From assembly GCA_976226885.1 (NCBI GenBank), contig OZ320319.1, forward strand, positions 47,368,001 through 47,432,000: 64,000 bases of DNA, written 5' to 3'. The number at the start of each line of letters is the position of its first letter. Within the stretch, counting starts at the first letter, position 1. A program made the translations under genes and the position numbers. Under the pieces are notes generated by a model. That model was not told the origin of the DNA, did no database searches, and worked only from the letters and a program-made list of their open reading frames with translations. This document shows positions 37,256 to 49,700 of this stretch, piece by piece. The stretch is from Iphione sp. A-MEVVRFRX5 (taxonomy: Eukaryota).

Positions 37256-39849
37256 TTCAATCAACATGCCCGTCCATCAGGAATGACTTCACATATCTCA
37301 TCATGAAGCAATGCACTGTTTCGTGTCTTAAGTCAGACGACATAGGCGCTATCTGTTGCCCTAGCATGTGCTCTGAGGTCGCCTTCATCTTTCCGTCGCA
37401 ACATTAATGCGTCCGGCAGAGGGCAAGCGCCTGTAGCCTAAGGTCTCATGCAGTTTTAACCATAGGATGGAACACATCCTGTGATTGGTCTTTATGTTTT
37501 GACCCGGATAGTGTGGGAAGCGAGATGCATATGGTGCAGGAATTAATATAAGAAGTACGGTTTAGGATAGAACAGCCCAAAGGTAGGGGTATCTAGAGGA
37601 GTCCTTGGGGGCAGGAATAACATAGACGATCAGACAGCTATAGCAAAGCTGCGCAACTCTCTTAAATGTTCATTGCAAAAACATCTATTTTTTTGCAAAG
37701 CAGGGGCACATGATATTGTATATATTGAACATCTGAACAGTATTGTTCTACACATTCAATGACAGTGCAAATCACTAATTCTCTGGGTTGATGTCGACGT
37801 ATTGAAATGGCATTTACATGTATACATAACCGTTACATTCAATGATGCAGAACATTGGCATGATATGCACCATCTAAATCAGGAAAAAAATAGAAAAAAA
37901 TTGTCAACTGATTTTTTTCCTGCTGACTTTTGAATGTAATATGTTCTAGTCGCTGATTATATCGGCAGCTCTGTTATTTTGTCTGGTTAAATTCCAATTT
38001 CATGGCAGTGGAGGTGGTTGCAGCAAAAAATATCCTAGTTATGGACACATGAAAGGAGAGAGTATGGACGCCTGCAATTGTAAGCGAAAAACTCGGAGAG
38101 AGGTGGAAAGAAGAGACATGGGGGGAATACACACTTGATCCTGCTTTATACTAGTTTATGTGAAAAGGTAAGTGAGACACATAACAAGGGTATTATCTAT
38201 ATACATGAATATACATGTGTACCTTTATATTTAAATAATTTTTCCAGTTTGCAAATAATTTATGACGACGGCCATTATCTTAATATCCTATTCATTTCTA
38301 AAAATTAAAAACCATTTTCGCCAACAGTAATACTCTGGCAGACCTCTGGCAGTGCCCTCTGTTGTCTGTCGTTCTATATCGTTTCCGCCGTTTCTGGGGT
38401 CACATGAAGCCACCACCGGAACTATACATCGCCCTGCCTGACTCATGGCTGTGGCTTCCGCTTTCGGCGCGTCTGGAGCAGCTCAAATTGGTTCGGCACA
38501 AGGGTTACTTGCTCGGTTTTTAAAAGGTCATTCCAGTTAATAGCTTGGCACGTCGTTTTGTTCCGCCTAATTGTAACTGTTTCCTGAACAGATGAGGTGG
38601 TCTTAATATTTGATGAGTAGCTCGGCGGAGTTAACGAATGCGCGTGTCTTTGGTGTGGCAGACTGGGGCAACTGTTGCCTCCGGAGGGTGTGAGCTGTTG
38701 AGTAGTTGGCCTCTGGCTCGTTGATGTATTTGGGGGGGACAGGAAGGCGCAGAAGCAGTCCAACCTGCCAAAGAGGCTTGGACAGAGTACTCTGAACTAG
38801 GAGGGCTGGGGGAAAATAGAGAGATTGGAGGATGTGAGAGTGTTCAAGGAACTGTCAGTTGACAGTGTAGAAATCCTGCTGGGAGTTGGCCCCATTTGAC
38901 AGTCGCATGCAACGAGTATCTTCCCACACGTTTAGCTCATACAGTTGAAAGGCATAGCGCAGATGATATAGCTGGTGGACGAGCAGGTTGGGGGCTTCGG
39001 TTCTTCACTCATCCGGGTGAAAATGAATTGTTTCTCTGGGTCGGACAGGAAGGTCTTCACACGCGCGGTAATTACTGAGGGTGTTTGCAGTCAATGTGCC
39101 TGCCGCCCTCTAAATATTCCGACGGTCCCAGAACGGACCTCAAATATCGCCTCAGCTTTCCCCCATTCATCATGAACCTCCCGACTGTCGGAACTAGTTG
39201 CTCTTTTAGAATTTCTCAGTGGCTATACCTTTAACGGTATCTTTTACAACTGCATGAATTTCCTGAAAAAAATACTTGTACACATGAAATCAAATGTATA
39301 TTGTACGATTCAAGACCAGGTAAGTCCATTAATTTTTATTGAGATTTTAGTAGCCTCCTTTGAAAAAAGTTTCCAAATGAAAATCAGAATAGATTTAAAG
39401 AAAAATAATAAAAAAGAACACTAATGCACAACTTGATGACATGTAGAGGATGCAGGCATATTCTTATCTGCAAAAATAGATAAAATGACAAACCGATCGA
39501 GTAAAATTGCAACTCAAGATAAACTCACTTGAACAATGGCTAGCTGACCTCTGGCGCAAAGAAATAACACTGCTCGAAGAAATAACACTACATGTATTTT
39601 GTTATCAGTAGCCTTTTTAGCACTCATTTCAATATATTTACATATATATTCACATAGTACAATGAATATATTTGCATGATTGAAGATTGATTTATTGACT
39701 TCTCGGTATTACATACCGACAGATCTTCCAGTTAACTCACAAATAAGACAATGAAAGTCGACCAATGCTACTAAGTTATGATGAAGAGCTGTCTATATTG
39801 TTGTTTGAGACACCACTGTGACTTCGTTAACTGGAGTTTTAACAACTCA

Positions 39850-40760
39850 CGTGACTTGCACCCTTTGCACTGAGGGTTAAGATCATTCCAGTATGATATA
39901 TCCTGGTGCCAAAACGGCCACTTGAAGAGCATGGTGTTAGGTTTAACACTTCATTTCTGTCGACCTTCTTGTTGCCCATGGTTAGATCAAGTTTGAAGGC
40001 CCTTAGTCTGACCAATGAACATACATGTACATTCCATAGAACACCTTGAAGACATTTATTACCAGGCCATTTTCTTTACATCAATCAGTTTTTGTTTTTT
40101 AATTTTTTAAAATTTCTGATATTCCTATATGGAGTTGCGTGTTTAATTCCCCGCATCCTTAAATTCCCGCTGCAGTTTTATCAACAAGCAAAGGTATTTG
40201 AAGCTGAACAGTATAGGGTCAGGTCATCGCCATAGAGAACTGATTTTGTAATGACTTGGCTACTTGTGATAGAATTAATTACTACTACGAACATCAGCAG
40301 GCCCATTTTAACAATCCGGTTATACCCCTTGCCTATTACTCAAAGTTTTGGAAACATTACCTTTATACTTGACGTACTGCGTCCTGCCAATTAAGTAAGC
40401 CATCTGCCTATTGTGATACCTCTAGCTGAGTTGAGTAGCCAGGTTGAGTGCTACATGTTATGAGTAAAGGGAATCAAATCATATAGGTCTGCTGGAATAT
40501 TGAATGGCCGTTTTAACGACAGGTTTAATTTTAAAGGGCAATTCTGTCATGACTATTGGCATGTTTGCTTTCATTGCTTAATGATATCTTATTTAAGTTT
40601 GAATAGCTCTTTTGTCAAATACTGTGAACTATAGGATGAATCAAATGTTGACAATAGGAGAATCTATGATATACATATTGCAATTTAATAGTTTGAGACA
40701 GGAGGATCACCATCAAATTGTATCTAAAAGGTATATACAAAGGTCGAGATTCAGGGAATA
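39850..40760 (-). mobile_element. Decayed LINE RT (I/Jockey-like)
   Basis: GLLMFVVVINSI..SVLYGDDLTLY at ~40210-40310 (GPLLF..YADD equivalent), with flanking degenerate RT motifs. Confidence 0.6.
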
Positions 40761-43700
40761 GATATGGGAAGATAGAGTGCAGTGGTAATAATATATCAAA
40801 GAACCAGTTTGATCAAATGTCCTGATATAAATCTCACAACGCGTTCTAGGTGCGTTGTTCATGTTTACCTAAACATCAGATTTAACCTCACCAACATTCA
40901 AATTTTTTGCTTTTCAGCAAGAGTATACCGAAATGAAGTCAACTGAATAGTGTTACTACAGATTTGCGTATCCATTCGACGGCACATATACACATTAGAA
41001 TAATTATTGAAAGTAATAAACTTTACATATGAATGAGTATAAGGCAATCCAGTCCTAACGGTCTATTAAAAATAAAACGTCGTTATATAACGGCAAAAAA
41101 GTGACTGAACCGTTCCGGAAGTCACTTAGTCATGATATCATGAGGAATGTTGAATTTTGGAACGAGGAAGCTCTGACTTTTTTGGAAAAAGACCATTCAT
41201 TTCGGCGCCTATGGCCCCTTCACGTTATGAGCTGCAGACATGTGAGGTACTCATCAAAGCGCTCTCCGGGCGCTCATCTGCGTAGGCCACCGGAGTGGAT
41301 TAAACCAATAGATGAGTAATTGGGTTAGTTCTTTCGCTGAGGGCGGCACTTTGCAATGCACAGAGCGGGCATTTTGTGGGTTCCCCTCAGACGGATGACC
41401 AACTCTCGTTAGGTGCGTGATTTCCCGCCGACGTCATGCGACGATGTTTGTGATTTAGCGCATGTCGACGATCACGCGATGTGGCCATCAGGTGTTGGCC
41501 ACTGCAGAACGACACCCTCGGCCACGCCGCGAGTCGGGATGCCAGCAAGTGGCCTGTGGCGTCGGCCAGTGCCAGGGAATCTTTCCTCAAAGTGCGCTCA
41601 GTTTCCACAATCGCTGTGTCCTTTTAAAGTCGGAAGTAGCTTTATGGAGCTATTGTGGTCTAAAGAGTGGACGTTATTGCATGTTCATCAGGTTCCTTGT
41701 TCTTTCTAGTATAGCTGAAGTACATGTATATTTATATCAATCCTCATCCAAATAAGTGCTTTTTAATTTGTTACAGTTATAAACTAGTGAGATGGACATC
41801 CTTAGGTCTGGGTTATTTTCTGTTTTTTTATAAGATGCAGTCGGACGATAATTTCTAAAATAGCTCAGTTGATTTCTGAGTATAAATATCTCAGAAATTG
41901 GACAACGACACCTGCACGAAGCGAGGAAAAATGGATGAGGGAGTTGGATTTCCTAAACAAAATTAGGATTGACCTGGGCATTCCGCTTCAAAAAGTAGGA
42001 GGAATGCTGTCTGAGTGCAGAGGCGACCAGTACGGGCGCGGCTTCCCATTAGTGAGCGGCATGAGTAAGCGGCTATCCGGCCGGTGGGCTGACACCTCCG
42101 TCCGCGCCCCGGAGATCGATTCGGGGGAAATTTAAGAGGCACTTTGGGCGCGCTTACGGCGTTCTTATGTTAATGGCGAATTGGGGCCGGTACTGGTTAT
42201 CGGGTGGGCGTGAGAGAAGGCGGGCAGGGATGAGTTATCCACGGGCCCGGGCGCCTAGTGGTCCCTCCAGAGCTGCTCGTCCAGCTTGGTGAGCTGCTCA
42301 CACCTTGGAAGTGCCCGCAAGCAATTGCTCGCCTCGGCGGCAGCGACAGGCCTAGCGGTCTTGCACCTGCCCCCCACCCAAAGAGAGGCTGGGGTGGCAA
42401 CTGGAAAGGGTGTCGAGGGCAGGGGTTTAGGGGACAAGGGGTGGCAACCAGCCAGAGCTCTAGAATAGCTAAGTGTACGAGGTCATGGAAACAAATTATT
42501 GCCTCAACAGGAGCTAAGTAGCACCAACTGCGACCACTTAGAATATAGTGTAGCTTCACGGTATGAGTCGGGCTAAGCGGAAATGTGAATGAAAAGCCGT
42601 ATGTGAAAAAATCCTCACACAAAAGGAAAAGGTGAGGGTAGTAGCTGAATCGAAGGACTTGGAAACTGAAGCAGTTAGACCATATTAGGTTGGCCATGTC
42701 ATAAGGTAAGGGAAAAAGACAATCTGTCAAGGAGGTCGCACCGGCCACAAGAAGATACTCATTGGAATAGTAAGTGGTTAAACAAGAGAACAAAGGTAGC
42801 AGTTATTAATTGTCTCTCGGGGAAGTGGTAGTGATAGATATTGAGCGGTATCACAAGAACATCTCTGTCGTAGCCATCCACCTTGTTTCCGGCAGTGTAA
42901 GAACCCACTGTGATTGCAGCTGAGGCTTCAAGCCATTGGCTAGATAAGACCTCCCTTGATTAAGTACGTTTTAATACCAATTTTCCTTTTCCTTCTTTAT
43001 CTATGGATAAATTCATAATGATTTGTTACATAAGAATTCCAGAGAAAATCTTATTGATTACCGAGGAGTATTATTTTCTGAAATTACCCACGAGAGAGGT
43101 ATTACAATGGCTTGGTAGAAATTACCTAGGCAGGTCTTTGTCGACGTTAAGTGCATATGTTTATTCCGTGACCCAAACATCCAAGGCAAAGCTTCGGTCA
43201 TTGAAGCCAACACTGAAGCGCGCTGAGGGCGGAATGGCTTCTAACCTTTCAGACGCCAGCATCTCCCTTTAATGGTGGCCAGCATGCACCAGTCGGCATG
43301 GTCTTCCAAACGCACCTGACCATGCGGACGAGACAATAAATATTGTCAGGCGACGCGACCTGTGACCGCTTGGCTGCCTGAGATTTGAGAGGGATGGTAG
43401 TCCGAACCAGCCTGGGGGTATGGGGAAGAGGAGAAGGAGGTTGCAGGTGGGGGATAGAGCAGCAGGGTAGGTCGGTGGCTGGCGCGTGTGGTTTGGTCAG
43501 CCGCCCGGTGAAACTCCCATCTTGGTCGACATCATCTTTCAAAGCACAGTCTTTGCTACTTGATGATGCTGACTCAGACGCATACTTTGTTGAACATCCC
43601 TCTTCCTGACTAGATAATGGGTCACTACTGAGTGTAGTCTCCTAGAACCTTTTCATGCATTTTAAGGATCTCATATGGGGTTAGAATGTGGTGTAAAAAG

Positions 43701-46700
43701 GCTTTTTGTAGTGTTTGGCCCTACGTCTGAAGAAACTCATAAATTTCTGACTAAGATGCAAGCGAAATAGAGATACAAAGAAGTCTTGTCAGATAAATGT
43801 CCCATTTACAAGATCCCGCAATGCAAATAGCTTAGAGTAGGACAGGTTATTTTAACATCATACGATGAGCTCCCCCTATTTGTAAATTTGATTATCTAAT
43901 GATAGCTTACTATAGTTGACGTTATTAAGTCAAATAGAGTTAACACATGTTTAAACAATTTATTTTATGGAATTTGCTACGAGAACGATAACATGGCTTT
44001 TCTAGAATCGGGATAGCGTCCGAATCCTTGTCAATAAAACACTGCTGAAAACCTGTACATGTAAATGCATGCATACTGATGTGTTGAATTAAATGCGGTT
44101 GTTGAGGTCTCACCAGACAAAGTCTGTTACAGTCGACACACATCGTTGTCCTGAACAGGCATTCATAGGAGGGGACCACATTGTCTAGTTGCATGCGTAC
44201 ATGTGAAGGACTTTTGCATCCATAGATTAATTTCCTACCAAATATATAATGCACATGATAATCATACCAACATGTAAATTACTGCGTCAGCATCTGACCA
44301 CGTGGTCTTGACAGACATGCAAAATGGATTTGATACGGTTGCATGAACAATGTTTCAACAAACACGAGGGTATAATCTCTGAACCTGCTTTTTTCTGTGG
44401 TTGGATTTGTACAAGACAGCCTTTAAGTGATATGGATGTTTTCCATAGTGCAATGATTGTCATTAACAAAGCCTCCGCAGTGACTCATATACTTGCCTGC
44501 TGATGACTCGCTGATTTGATCACAGACTTGGATGGAGAGGCGGAAGTGGCTGTTTCGCGGAAGACTCACATTTCTGAAAGAATATGTGGGGTGCTCCTTT
44601 TGATATCCAGAGCCCATCCTCATTCTTCGTCATGGATGACTCAAGTCCAAAGGTTCACAGGATGGCCTTAACAATGTTTTCGTCCACCGTATATATGTAG
44701 CACCCTAGGAATTTAACAACCTTGCTGTATGGCATGCGCCTACGCCATGTCACTCTCTCCCTTCCTTTTTGAGCATGTTTTGTCCGCTACTGTAAGCTCT
44801 ATACTTGTTAAAATTTTCAGTCCTATACATCTTAAAAGGTAGAAAAGCGTAGAATAAACACACTTAATAAGTTAGGCATACATTCATGTACTGCGCAGGT
44901 GAGAATAGGCGAGATCAGCTAACCTGTATATTCATGTATTAAAACTACCGCATCACGCACTTAATTTGTAATTGTGCGATCTGAAACCAAGTATTCACTT
45001 TCATATTCATTCACGCAACGCACACCTGTGTCAAACTGTCAAAATGCACCTGAGCCGACTCTGATCCCCGCCGCTTCAAGTGACCATTAATCGCCGTCGA
45101 TTAAAGCACCGCGGGTAAGGAATGATGCTTGGACGTACGTGTGCCCGTGGGTATGTATGTGGGTATGTATGTTTGTGTGTTGAAGTGAAATAACTGAGCT
45201 TGCATAGGTCGGTGCGGTTGCATGCTTCACCATCTGGTGACAGGCCCGCCAGGAAACCTAAAGTAATCTGAGAGGTCTATTCCTGGAATCAATGCCTGAA
45301 CGCCAAGGAACACCTGCATCTTGAAGACTCGACCGTTTATGAGGGATGTGTGCCAAGCGATTCATCAAGAAATGACACCAACCATGCCAAGCAACGTATG
45401 TCTGATACGTTGTACGGGTATACTTGGTTGACTGACCGAGATCCAAAGGGCAAAAATACCCGCTGACACGTTCTGCTTTAAACATCATCACTAGTGTTGC
45501 TACAAACATTACATACATGTATATATACATTGAATCAAATTTTGAGGTGCGTCATGAATATGTAGAGTGGTAACCATGCAAGTTCAGTCAAAGAGATTCA
45601 ATGAAAACAAGATTCAGGGTCCAAACAATGCGAGCTTAGAATATTCTACACTCACCGGATAAATAGCGCGGCTCATTTGGCTGTACCGCTTGACAGTCAC
45701 CGGAAGTCAATGGGAAGCCATAGAGAGAGAATTTTGCTGCAATGCTCATTACAATTAACCACGTATACTGTGAGAGGCTGAACATTGCTTATAGACCAAG
45801 GACGGTGAAGGGAGGAAAAAAGGTCGGGTAATTACCATCACAGATCACTCCGCCTTCCATTTGTATGTATCAATACGCGAAAGCGAATCCAAGCCATCAT
45901 TTCAAGAGGCTGATTAAGAAGTCGCTCGGCTTAATGAGCTGGGCTGAGGCCGGGGTGTCGGTTTGCTGCAGACAGTCAGGTCCGTCTTCCGTCCTCCACT
46001 CCTGAGGCAACGGCCGCCGCGATCATTTTACCGGTTATGATCACTGATTTAATTAGTGAAAGAAACAACTCAAGCGCGTTTGACATTGTACGACGTAATT
46101 CTGGCAGTCATTGTCTTTCATTTTATCAGAAAGTCAATCACTTGAGGAGGTTGAGGGGCAGAGGCCTCTGATACTGACACTTGTGCAGGGGCTAATGGGA
46201 ATAAACACCTTTTTGTTCGTTATTAATGGAATGGTGTGTCACCAAGACACTCGCTAGACTCCCGGCACTAGTTTGCTTATTACATATGACCATCAAGATA
46301 AAGCTCAGTTTTCGAATAGGAAGCAGAATAAGGTGACAACGAGGTTGAAGTTGATATCTTTTCATTATACAGGTTTTCACTTGGAATAGGATAAGAAATT
46401 GTCTCCTGTCGGGTATGGCTAATAAAGTAACATCAGAAAAAAGGGACATTTCAGAAAGCAGTGCCTCTGAAAACTACCATATCCGTATCCTTACGTGGGA
46501 GAGTAATTACGCTGCCGCGCACCATTACTATATTTAGTGACGAGCTCTGTGTCGCAAAAAAAGGTGTTGACACCGATGTAGGCCGATTCAAAACTTTTTC
46601 CTTCCTCCCCGTGGACTCCAAGCCGACCGGGTGATGACCTCCCAATGTTTGATGTGAGTTTGCATAGCCCACACGGCATACTGACCTGCAGTAGGTAATA

Positions 46701-49700
46701 AGCTCGAGTAGTTTCGTCAAATATGATCCCACTCTGAGCTGTGGCCGCAAACTGGCCACCCCCTAAACCCTCATAGTTACCCAACCACCCTCGAATGCAA
46801 CCCCCCCCCCCAACGAACTCCCTACGCTTCTCTCTCTGTCCACAGTCGACAAGGGGCAGTGCCGAATCTGTTAGTTTCCTCTCTCGTTAGGCGCGCGCCC
46901 GATCCAATTTCCACCGGATCTGTCCAAATCAGGGTGTCCCTCGCGACATGCCGCTGGCCACGAGAGCTTTCGTTTCCTTTGATCGGTTGAGGTAATCTGC
47001 TCGCCCCGCCAGGGCGTACATCAAGGAGAGCGATAATATGCTGCCTGTGCGTATAAGGTCCCCTGTAAGAACTCTGCAGCATTTTCAACCATTGCGCGTG
47101 ATATTGTTAGAGGGCCGAACGGCGGCGAACCCTATCCGGCCGTCCATTTGACCAGAGCCTTGAAGGCCCGCACGGGAAGTGTCATCAATAGACCGTGCGG
47201 CGAGTGACTGGGGTGCACGGGTGGCGCGGGTTGTGCGGTCGCCGCCACCGACACGTAATTACAATGGCGACTTTTCATTAGTGATGCCAGATCACACAAG
47301 ACCTGGCCGCCGGTGCCGGACATAGACACTCTCTGGGCGCGCACCGCCAGATGTGAAGATCACACTTCAGAAGCAGCAAAAGATCACGTTCAAAGAAGTT
47401 CGTGAAGAGAAGAGTTCAATAAGGCGCCGCAGATAGGATAGTCTTTGTTAAAAAAAGGATGGCGTGTCCGAAGGTGTCAATGTGAGAGATAAGCAAAGCT
47501 CTTTAAAAGCGTTCGAATTTTTATGCAAACCTGCTTGAATGTGCGACTTAATATTTGTATGAAGGTGCCTCGGAGGCGTCTAGCCTACCTTTAGTAAAAA
47601 TGGCACAGATAACATCATTGCATTAACTATTTCCTTTCCTTTGTTCAAACGCGATGGGCGTACGTTTTCTGCTGGTGTACGCGGTTGGAAACCTGTAGTT
47701 AGGAAAGATCTTTGTTAGTGTACAGCACATCCTTTTGCTGATATCATCTACGCCAACATATTTTGGGGTCATATAACGTCTTTTTTGTCGAACAGATATG
47801 TACATGTACAGATATGTACATTCCATATACGTCAGTATAAGCAGGGCTAAGCATCGTACTCAACACGTTACAGCTCCTAAGAGGCCGCTATGTTTAACGT
47901 ACATTTTCACTTGCACACAGCGCAGTTTGATGCCAACGACACACTGGGGGATTCGTAGTCGGAAGTTGTACGTAGCGACGCCAAAACTCACCCGATGTCC
48001 CCGCGCGGTACTTGGCGACGCGCGACGTCGGTCTCAGACTCCCCTGGAAACAAAATGGTGGACTGTTAAGAGATGCTTGCTCACATTCTAGTTCCAAACG
48101 ATGAACACACACGCGAGCGGCGACCAAGCAGTCATTCCATTTAGATGCAGATGAAGAGGGGATGTGCTGTGACAAGGGCATGTTAGAAAAACATCCCATT
48201 CTGCCGGAGATGATTTCTGTCCCCTGGTTTTCGTGCAACTGCTGAACAGCGGGGCAGATGTTGGGATCAAGTACTTGATTAGGAAGGGTCAATCTGTCTG
48301 CTCTCCGTCCCATTGAAAACAGTCGCTCAGCATGCAAAACTAAAGTTAAAAGCTGATCTTCGAGGTTAGTTGATTGGTAATGGCAGCTGACAGGTACGAA
48401 AGTGGTTTGCCTTTTGGCAGGGAATAGTGCATTGCTCCTAACGACCAGCCGCTTTGATCCGTCCTGGACAGAATGGATATCCCAAATAACGACGCGTAAG
48501 AAATAAGTTATCTTTGCCACATGTTCACTTCTGTTTGGATGCGAAACTGCGAAACCGTGTAACAGCAATATACCAAAAGACGTATTTGAGAGGTAGGGCG
48601 GATTAGACTTCACACAAAGAAGGGATATGCCACTAAACCGCTTGGGGAACATTACATACATGTGCGATGACCGTCATTCGATCTCCTTTATTGTGAAACT
48701 ACGTCAGTTATATCAGACCGTGGGACAGGAGGCACACCGCCCTATTGATATAATCACAGGTGTGCCGAGTGACCTTTTAGGATCTGACCCAAAGGCGATC
48801 CGGCGTCAGAATGCTGTGAGAGACGGAAGCCCCGGTTCTCCCAGTAAGATGGACCGATGGCCGGGGCTATCTCGCCAATTAGGACGTGAAGGTGGCTGAC
48901 TCGAATGGTAGAAGCCGCCGGCTGACCCAGAGATCAGTGGCGGCTGCACTGTTCAAGGCGCACATGAGGAGAGCCAATCATTAGTAACGGGGCAGATGTA
49001 GGCGCCACCTGGGGGTCACCATGGGTGAACAGAGTTGACGGCTAGTCATTTGCCATCAGCTTCCAATAACTGTATACCGCATAGACAAAAGAATAACAAG
49101 GAGAATATGACCTGGCGCATCAGGTTTTACCGAACAGAAAAGATATAACTTTTTTCCCCATCAATCCAATATGATTTGCCAGATAATTGCTCGACTGTAA
49201 TATAACGATGGCGATTGTTTCAATTTCCAGGTCATAGATTGAAGTTGTCTTCTCTTTGTAAAAACCATCTTTCTGCAAGTAGATGCTATTATCCAATTAC
49301 CTCTATATCCATGATTATTTACTCAGACAAAGGGCGGCGTATGTTGAAAGACAATGGCTAGGAAAATAATCTGATTTTAGAAATCCAACCGCAAAGAAAT
49401 CGGACTAGGAATCAATTCGCGATATTCCGATTAAATATCAAAATTCATTTAATTAATTAGTCAGCCCTTCACAAAAGAAGGAAAGATGATTCTTAATCAC
49501 ACGCTCTTTGAAGTCAGCTTCCCTTATTTCCATGATCTGTAATATTCGTACAATGTTATATCATACTAGCTCTACAAAAATAGCGTGTCTCTCTGTTAAT
49601 GTTAAATGATACCAATAGTTTTAGAGAACCGCTACGTGAGTGAGAACATACAAATACCTTTTTTAAAGAAATATGCAGGCTATTTGTACTATAACTGTTT

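Noticed and set aside
38443-39250. Possible LINE ORF1 or gag remnant on the minus strand
   Set aside because: It looks coding-like, but I could not recognise any diagnostic motif.
42197-42793. 198-aa minus-strand ORF as a gene
   Set aside because: There is no domain signature, and it likely lies antisense to a decayed LINE ORF1 and GC-rich patch.
47894-48661. 255-aa minus-strand ORF as a host gene
   Set aside because: The composition looks random, with no motifs or clear exon boundaries; it is consistent with a chance ORF in CpG-rich DNA.
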